Assembly: GCA_934691225.1 (NCBI GenBank)
Contig: CAKUSQ010000001.1
Coordinates: 450,001-482,000 of the forward strand
DNA: 32,000 nt
Direction of reading: 5' to 3'
Source of the DNA: an uncultured Opitutales bacterium
GTDB lineage: Bacteria; Verrucomicrobiota; Verrucomicrobiia; Opitutales; UBA9783
Shown here: positions 26,129-32,000 of the stretch, piece after piece
Position numbering within the stretch: position 1 is the stretch's first letter
How the letters are laid out: the number at the start of each line of letters is the position of its first letter
The notes under the pieces: generated by a model
Databases searched by the model: none
Told to the model about the DNA's origin: nothing
The model's input: the letters and a program-made list of their open reading frames with translations, nothing else
Translations under genes and position numbers: made by a program

Positions 26129-26863
26129 ATGTTAGAAAAAAGTCCATTTATTGCCGCCAAGGAACTCGTTAAAGTGTACGGGGATAGAGAAGTTGTTCGC
26201 GGTGTTAATATTGAGGTAAAAGCAGGTGAAGTAGTTGGGTTATTGGGACCCAATGGGGCTGGTAAAACGACTTGTTTTTATATGATCGTTGGATTAATTG
26301 CTGCGACGCGCGGTAAAGTGATTTTCAACGATGACGATATCACACGTTTGCCTATGTATCTACGTGCTCGTCGTGGTATTGGTTACCTTCCACAAGAAGC
26401 TTCTGTATTTAGAAAATTAACGGTTGAAGATAATATTCGTGCAATTTTAGAGACGTTAGATTTATCGAAAGCGGAAATACGAAGTCAAACGCAAGTGGCA
26501 TTGGAGAATTTAGGCCTTACAAAGGTAGCTAAGCAAAAAGCTTTTACGTTAAGTGGTGGTGAGCGTCGACGCTTAGAAATTACACGTGCATTGGTAACGC
26601 ATCCGCAGTTTTTACTCATGGATGAGCCTTTTAGTGGGGTTGATCCTATTAGTGTACAAGAAGTTCAACAGATTATTTTGGATCTTAAAAAGCAAAATAT
26701 CGGTATACTTATCACAGATCATAATGTTCGTGAAACGTTACGTGTTGTGGATCGTGCCTATTTGCTTTATGATGGGAAGGTTTTAAGTTCAGGGGATCGC
26801 GATACGTTGTTGCATGATCCTCAGAGTCGTAAGTTTTACTTGGGAGAGCAATTTGAAGTTTAA
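26129..26863 (+). CDS. lptB: LPS export ABC transporter ATP-binding protein LptB
   Basis: The Walker A motif GPNGAGKTT, ABC signature LSGGERRRLEI and Walker B LLMDEPFSGVDP are present. The LptB-type C-terminus reads KFYLGEQFEV. Confidence 0.9.
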   Translation: MLEKSPFIAAKELVKVYGDREVVRGVNIEVKAGEVVGLLGPNGAGKTTCFYMIVGLIAATRGKVIFNDDDITRLPMYLRARRGIGYLPQEASVFRKLTVEDNIRAILETLDLSKAEIRSQTQVALENLGLTKVAKQKAFTLSGGERRRLEITRALVTHPQFLLMDEPFSGVDPISVQEVQQIILDLKKQNIGILITDHNVRETLRVVDRAYLLYDGKVLSSGDRDTLLHDPQSRKFYLGEQFEV

Positions 26864-27551
26864 TAAGGATGCATTATTGCGCTTTCAAGAGCGGTTGGGT
26901 TACCATTATAAAAATATTGATCTTTTAGTGGCAGCATTGACGCATCCATCTTTTATTCGGGTATGTGGACCCGGTGCGTCAGTGAAATATCACTTTCAGC
27001 GTCTTGAATTTTTAGGGGATCGTTTTCTCAGTGCTGTGTTAGGGAAACAGCTTTTCGATATTTTCCCTGGGCAAATGGAAGGATTTTTGTCAAAAGCTTA
27101 TACGATTTTAGCAAGAGGACGTTCATTAGTTGTTTTGTCGAAAGCTTTATCAGTTCCGGATGTGTTATGTGTTGATGATCATTGTACAATAGTAGATTCG
27201 ATTTTAGAAGATTCTATGGAAGCAATTATTGGTAGCCTTTGGTTGGATAGCGATTACGAAACTGCTTCGTGTTGTGTATTGCGTTGGTTTGGAGATATTA
27301 AAGAAAAGGTCCTTAAGAATTTTAATCAGATTAATGCAAAAGGTCGTCTGCAAGAATTTTTGGGTGAACGGTTTCATGAGCTTCATTACCATGTTGTAAA
27401 AATTTATGGACCGGAACATCGCCGCAAGTTTTTAATGTCGGTTTCGATGGGAGATCGTGTTTTAGCCGAAGCCAGTGATTTTAGTAAGCAGGCAGCAGAA
27501 GAAAAAGCTGCAGCTTTAGCATTACAAATACTTTGTAACCAAAATAAATAA
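26814..27551 (+). CDS. rnc: Ribonuclease III
   Basis: The signature QRLEFLGDRFL and a C-terminal dsRBD (KGRLQEF..EKAAALALQ) are present. The ATG at 26814 overlaps lptB by 50 nt. The TTG at 26853 gives (M)KFNKDALLRFQERLGY, closer to canonical RNase III N-termini, with only an 11-nt overlap. Confidence 0.88.
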   Translation: MILRVVSFTWESNLKFNKDALLRFQERLGYHYKNIDLLVAALTHPSFIRVCGPGASVKYHFQRLEFLGDRFLSAVLGKQLFDIFPGQMEGFLSKAYTILARGRSLVVLSKALSVPDVLCVDDHCTIVDSILEDSMEAIIGSLWLDSDYETASCCVLRWFGDIKEKVLKNFNQINAKGRLQEFLGERFHELHYHVVKIYGPEHRRKFLMSVSMGDRVLAEASDFSKQAAEEKAAALALQILCNQNK

Positions 27552-27566
27552 TCCACAAGCTACAAA

Positions 27567-27599
27567 ACGATTTATTCTTTGACAAAAAGAACAAATCGT
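27567..27599. terminator. Long hairpin between convergent rnc and rpoD (probable bidirectional terminator)
   Basis: ACGATTTATTCTTT (27567-27580) and AAAGAACAAATCGT (27586-27599) form a 14-bp stem with one mismatch and a GACAA loop. There is no long T-run, so the assignment is tentative. Confidence 0.45.
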
Positions 27600-27617
27600 T
27601 ATGAGAATTTTATCCTA

Positions 27618-29396
27618 TCAATCTTCAAAGGTACCATCAGGGCGGATACCCAATTGCCGTAATTGAGAGATAAGTTCTAATTTTTCCTGCTTCCGATTAG
27701 GTTTTTGGAATGAATCAAAACTGGCATCTTGTTGTTGGTCTGCTTCACCTTCTAAAAATCCTTTAAATTGCCGCAAACGTGTTGGATGACGCATCTTACG
27801 AAGGGCTTTAGCCTCGATTTGGCGGATTCTTTCGCGTGTTACATTGAATGCTTTGCCAACTTCTTCTAAAGTACGACTATAACCATCGCTAAGGCCAAAA
27901 CGCAAGGATAACACATTACGTTCGCGATCAGTTAATGTATTCAATACCGAAAGGAATTTTTCTTTCAACAAGTTATACGCTGTAGCATCGGATGGATCAT
28001 CGGCGGATTTATCTTCAATAAAATCGCCAAAACAGCTATCTTCACTTTCTCCTACAGGGCTTTGCAATGAGATTGGCTGTTGAGCCATTTTAATAATAGC
28101 TTCAATGCGATTTACAGGAACTTGCAATTCTTCCGCAACCTCTTCAGGTGTTGGATCATAGCCTAATTCTTGCACGAGCTGTTTTTGTGCTTGAATAACT
28201 TTGTTAAGAGTTTCTATCATGTGAACAGGAATGCGAATAGTCCTGGCTTGATCAGCGATGGAACGTGTAATGGCCTGGCGAATCCACCAAGTTGCATAGG
28301 TTGAAAATTTGTAACCGCGACGATACTCAAACTTTTCAACTGCTTTCATCAATCCCATATTACCTTCTTGAATTAGATCTAAAAATGACAAACCTCGGTT
28401 AGTGTATTTTTTTGCAATGCTTATAACCAAGCGCAAATTAGATTCTACCATTTCTGTTTTTGCAATGTGTGCCTCTTTAATATGTTTTCGAACAATTTTA
28501 ACAGTATCGATAAGTTCTTGAACGGGAAGTCGAATTTCTCCTTCGATTTCTTTTAAACGTTGCTGCATTTTTTCCGTATCAATGGTTTTGAACTTTACAT
28601 TTCCTGAATTGCGATGTACGGATTGCAAACAATCTTGAATATTTTCAATTTCTCGAATAAGGGGAGAAAATTGTGTTAAAAATTCTTCAAAAACTTTTAA
28701 TTTGAAGCAAAATTTTTTGAAGATGGGTTTTAATTGAGCTTCGTATTTCTTGTAACGAGCAAGCAGTTTTTCTTTGTTTTCAGGTTCTGTTGTTGCCCAA
28801 TATTCCTGCCAAATTTTGTTGAGTTGCTCACCTATACTGTCACATTGCCCAATGAGTTTTTCGAGGGTTTGGTAATACTCTTCGCGACTCTCAATTTTTT
28901 TATCAACAACAATTTTGTCAAAACGTTCATGGTGCTGTAAAAGTTTATTAGCTAAATCGCGCTGAAAGTTTAATGATAATGCTATAGAAAATAGCCTATC
29001 TTGAGCAGCGTATTCAGCTTTTTCAATACGTTTTGAAATTAAAACTTCCTGTTCTCGACTCAACAGAGGAACTTGCCCCATTTGTTTTAAATACATGCGA
29101 ACAGGATCTTCAAAGCTTTCTTCAGAAGATACGGAAATGTTACCTGATTCAGAAACTTCATCCTGCTGGCGTTGACGTTCAGCTTCTTCGTTATCAAGAA
29201 TATCAATTTCAAGATTTTCAAGTATATTGATAACATTTTCAATTTCGTCTGCTTTTTTAACGCTTTCAGGAAGATGGCTGTTAATATCCTGTACAGTTAA
29301 AAACCCTTGTTGTTTTGCAAGTGCAATGAGTTGTCGAATTTTCTCATTTAAAATTTCGCTTGCCTTGATAACTTTTGCTTTACGTTGAATGACCAT
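27618..29396 (-). CDS. rpoD: RNA polymerase primary sigma factor (sigma-70 family, group 1)
   Basis: Region 2 ([37 protein letters not shown]), region 3 and region 4.2 ([28 protein letters not shown]) are present. It lies downstream of dnaG. Confidence 0.95.
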   Translation of the reverse strand: MVIQRKAKVIKASEILNEKIRQLIALAKQQGFLTVQDINSHLPESVKKADEIENVINILENLEIDILDNEEAERQRQQDEVSESGNISVSSEESFEDPVRMYLKQMGQVPLLSREQEVLISKRIEKAEYAAQDRLFSIALSLNFQRDLANKLLQHHERFDKIVVDKKIESREEYYQTLEKLIGQCDSIGEQLNKIWQEYWATTEPENKEKLLARYKKYEAQLKPIFKKFCFKLKVFEEFLTQFSPLIREIENIQDCLQSVHRNSGNVKFKTIDTEKMQQRLKEIEGEIRLPVQELIDTVKIVRKHIKEAHIAKTEMVESNLRLVISIAKKYTNRGLSFLDLIQEGNMGLMKAVEKFEYRRGYKFSTYATWWIRQAITRSIADQARTIRIPVHMIETLNKVIQAQKQLVQELGYDPTPEEVAEELQVPVNRIEAIIKMAQQPISLQSPVGESEDSCFGDFIEDKSADDPSDATAYNLLKEKFLSVLNTLTDRERNVLSLRFGLSDGYSRTLEEVGKAFNVTRERIRQIEAKALRKMRHPTRLRQFKGFLEGEADQQQDASFDSFQKPNRKQEKLELISQLRQLGIRPDGTFED

Positions 29397-29411
29397 AGAG
29401 AAATAATTGGC

Positions 29412-31256
29412 TTATTGTCTTTCTAAACAAATTGACGATGTAACATTCGCCAATGCTTTTTTATATAAGAATCGATCCATTTGTAATTTTTTAAAAAGCT
29501 CTGCATTGATGTTAGAACTTTTTATCATTTCTTTGTCAATGGCAGAAATTAAATTTTTTAAAAAACGTCGATGCATTTGTTGTAAAATGAGCTTTAAACT
29601 TTCCATTTGGTTTTCTTGGTCAAAAGGATTAGCTAACAGTTGACACCAAATTTCTTCTTCGTTATTTGTTAAATTCCATGATGAGCGATCGTAAAGATCT
29701 TCTAGCCCATTTTCTTGAAATTCATTGAGAATTCTCATAAGTAATTGCCCAACAGTTTCTGAAGTATCAATCCAGTCCAAAGATAAGTTTTTAAGAATTT
29801 GTGGTGTCCATTGGGGGGCGTGTAGCAAAAACATAAATAACTGTCCTTCAAGCGTGTCCGAGCAGTGTGTCATTTTCCGTTGAGCAGTTTCTTTAACAGT
29901 GTCGTTTGAAAAGGGTATTTCTTTACTTTCTAATCGATTAAGCTCTTCTTCCAGTATTTTAGGGGGAAATCCTAAAGCTTGTGCCAACGATTGAACAAGC
30001 TCAAAACGTAATACGGATGAATCGCAACGTTGAATAATCGGAAATACAAGTTGAAGTACACGGCGATGAATTTCTTCTGCACTATAATTCAAGTTTTTGA
30101 AAATTTGAATAAAAAATGAAATAGGTGTAAGTGCGTTGTCCAAAATATGTTGGCAGCGCTGAGGTTCTTTTAGAAAAACAGAATCGGGATCTTCTTGGGC
30201 ATCTAACAAATAATATTTGATCGGAATTTCTAAAGGGATGCCTAAGTTCATGAGGCGAATTCCAGCTTTTATCCCTGCAGCATCACCATCAAACATCCCA
30301 ATGATCGTTGTATCGTATCGTTTTAAAAGTTTCAATTGATCTTCTGTTAACCCGGTTCCTTGGGGAGCTACGGTTGTTGTGAGGCCACATTCCCAACATC
30401 GAATAACATCGAGAGGTCCTTCTACAAGGTAAAGGTAAGGACTGTCCTTAGAAATGTTTTGCCGTGCTTTTGCTAAGTTAAATAACTCTTTACCTTTAAC
30501 AAAAATGGGTGTTTCAGGAGAATTTACATATTTGGCTTCTCGTGTGGGATCCTGAGGCAATTCTAAAAATGGAAGTTGGCGACCTGAAAAAGCAATCGTC
30601 CGGTCTTGTACATCACAAATAGGTAAAATTAAGCGTCCTTGGTAGCGACAGATAAGTGGTTTGTTTTTTTGTTTAGGTCGGTAAAATAAACCACTTTCAC
30701 ATAAGTTTTCGTAAGCAAATCCGCGATTTATTAAAAATGAATACAACAGTGAATAATCAGTAGGGGCAAGTCCTACATTAAAGGTGGTTGCGGTTGATAA
30801 TGAAAAGTGTCGTTCATTTTCCCAATATTTCCGTGTCAATTCTGCTGTGTCGTTGTTAGCCCAGAATTGTTGCTTAAAAAAGGTTGTGGCACTTTCGTAA
30901 ATGGAGAAAAGAATTTTTTTTGTCGAAAATGCGTTTGTTGTCTTTTGTGTGGACACATGGTTGTATTCTATCGGGATATTAAATCGATCGCATAACCATT
31001 CAACACTTTCGGAAAAGCTTAGCTGTTCTTTTAATTCTAAAAATCGAAACATGTCGCCGGCATATCCAGTGCTAAAACATTTAAAAATATTCTTTTGTGG
31101 ATCTACAAAGAACGAAGGTGTTTTTTCATGTGAAAAAGGACTTAATCCTTTTAAATAATGACCTGAAGGTTTTAGTTGAACATAAGGTGTTACAACGTCA
31201 ACGATAGAGACACGCTGCCGAATATTATCCAAACAACTCTGAGAAAACCATGGCAT
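29412..31256 (-). CDS. dnaG: DNA primase
   Basis: HEKTPSF, TOPRIM motifs (LVEGPLDVI and FDGDAAG) and a DnaB-interaction-type C-terminal region are present. I took the ATG at 31256 (MPWFSQSCLDNIRQRVSIVDVV, aligning to the E. coli N-terminus). The ATG at 31301 would overlap the upstream gene by 38 nt. Confidence 0.9.
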   Translation of the reverse strand: MPWFSQSCLDNIRQRVSIVDVVTPYVQLKPSGHYLKGLSPFSHEKTPSFFVDPQKNIFKCFSTGYAGDMFRFLELKEQLSFSESVEWLCDRFNIPIEYNHVSTQKTTNAFSTKKILFSIYESATTFFKQQFWANNDTAELTRKYWENERHFSLSTATTFNVGLAPTDYSLLYSFLINRGFAYENLCESGLFYRPKQKNKPLICRYQGRLILPICDVQDRTIAFSGRQLPFLELPQDPTREAKYVNSPETPIFVKGKELFNLAKARQNISKDSPYLYLVEGPLDVIRCWECGLTTTVAPQGTGLTEDQLKLLKRYDTTIIGMFDGDAAGIKAGIRLMNLGIPLEIPIKYYLLDAQEDPDSVFLKEPQRCQHILDNALTPISFFIQIFKNLNYSAEEIHRRVLQLVFPIIQRCDSSVLRFELVQSLAQALGFPPKILEEELNRLESKEIPFSNDTVKETAQRKMTHCSDTLEGQLFMFLLHAPQWTPQILKNLSLDWIDTSETVGQLLMRILNEFQENGLEDLYDRSSWNLTNNEEEIWCQLLANPFDQENQMESLKLILQQMHRRFLKNLISAIDKEMIKSSNINAELFKKLQMDRFLYKKALANVTSSICLERQ

Positions 31257-31263
31257 ATTTTTA

Positions 31264-32000
31264 TCATTTAGGAGCAAGTTGTTGGTACAAAATAATTCCA
31301 ATAAACAACATTAGCAAATTAGGGAACCATGCAGCTATTAAGGGGGAAAGGATGTTTTGTGTCCCGAGCATTCGACCAATGCTTCCGACAATGTAGTACG
31401 CAAAAAAAAGACCTGAAGCTTTTGAAACTCCTACCATAGGATTTGTACGAACACCACTTAATGAAAAAGGAATAGCTAGTAAAACAATCATGAAACAAAT
31501 TAATGGACTGGATAGTAAGGAAAAATATTTGATGGTATGTTCCAAAAATCGTGGATGATTTTTAGGGACAAAATTGAGAATTTTCTTTAACTCGTTTATT
31601 CCTAAATATTTTAACGGTTTATGAATAAAACTCATAAGTTGAGGGTTTTCTTCACAGGTGATACTTTCTTCTTGAAAGGTTGTAAATCGAGAAGGAATAA
31701 ATACATGAGGATCAAAATACCAATGTTTACCATTTTGGAATGTCCACGTTTTTTGTTGAGGGTCGTAATAAACTTCAGCGGCTTCGATACGTTCGATTTC
31801 TCGTTTTTGTTGGTTTATTAAAGAGAGAGTAGCAAAGCTACCTTTTTGAGTATACAAACTGAATGTGTTGATATGCCACAAGCGACCTGCTTTTTCATTA
31901 TGAAGGCATAAATGTCTTTGAATGCCAATGTTGTCCGTCTTTCCTGTTTTTCTTTTTTGGTCATTGAAATCAATTTGTGCCACAATTTGTCGCATTTGAT
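31264..32000 (-). CDS. LptF/LptG-family (YjgP/YjgQ) LPS export permease, C-terminal part (5' end outside window)
   Basis: A periplasmic beta-rich domain is followed by C-terminal TM helices (LICFMIVLLAIPFSLS.., GLFFAYYIVG.., PLIAAWFPNLLMLFIGIILY), typical of LptF/G. The reading frame remains open to the window edge. Confidence 0.7.
   Translation of the reverse strand, partial: QMRQIVAQIDFNDQKRKTGKTDNIGIQRHLCLHNEKAGRLWHINTFSLYTQKGSFATLSLINQQKREIERIEAAEVYYDPQQKTWTFQNGKHWYFDPHVFIPSRFTTFQEESITCEENPQLMSFIHKPLKYLGINELKKILNFVPKNHPRFLEHTIKYFSLLSSPLICFMIVLLAIPFSLSGVRTNPMVGVSKASGLFFAYYIVGSIGRMLGTQNILSPLIAAWFPNLLMLFIGIILYQQLAPK

Overview
This is an AT-rich (by eye, not computed), tightly packed bacterial chromosome segment that uses the standard genetic code. 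All identifications come from motif recall and synteny; no searches were run.

Layout:
- 1-11224 (+): the S10/spc/alpha ribosomal protein supercluster, running rpsS' through rplQ and including secY, map and rpoA. It ends in a clear intrinsic terminator.
- 11286-19476: a poorly characterised block.
  - An orphan zeta-toxin-like P-loop kinase, then tRNA-Asn.
  - A small Minf_1886-like protein and a 367-aa lipoprotein.
  - A convergent minus-strand unit: tRNA-Pro, an OleA-like condensing enzyme, an OleB-like alpha/beta hydrolase and a 911-aa Asn/Tyr/Cys-rich anchored protein.
  - A polytopic membrane protein.
- 19673-22110 (-): tRNA-Arg(TCT), tRNA(CAT), accD, comF-like and exoD-like genes.
- 22157-27551 (+): an RsbW-like mini HATPase, then rpsO, pnp, lptC-like, lptA-like, lptB and rnc.
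- 27618-32000 (-): lptF/G' (partial), dnaG and rpoD.

I saw no CRISPR array, IS element, integrase or prophage genes. The Minf_1886-like protein, the ole-type genes and the Cys-rich giant envelope protein weakly suggest a PVC-superphylum bacterium (low confidence).

Most notable observations:
- An oleA-oleB pair lacks oleC/oleD and is followed by a giant uncharacterised surface protein.
- A zeta-like kinase has no antitoxin and sits immediately behind the ribosomal-operon terminator.
- Several coding genes start 11-14 nt after a tRNA CCA end, or about 5 nt after a predicted transcription start site.
- The zinc-ribbon ligands are lost in both DnaG and AccD.
- SecY carries an extra C-terminal hydrophobic helix.
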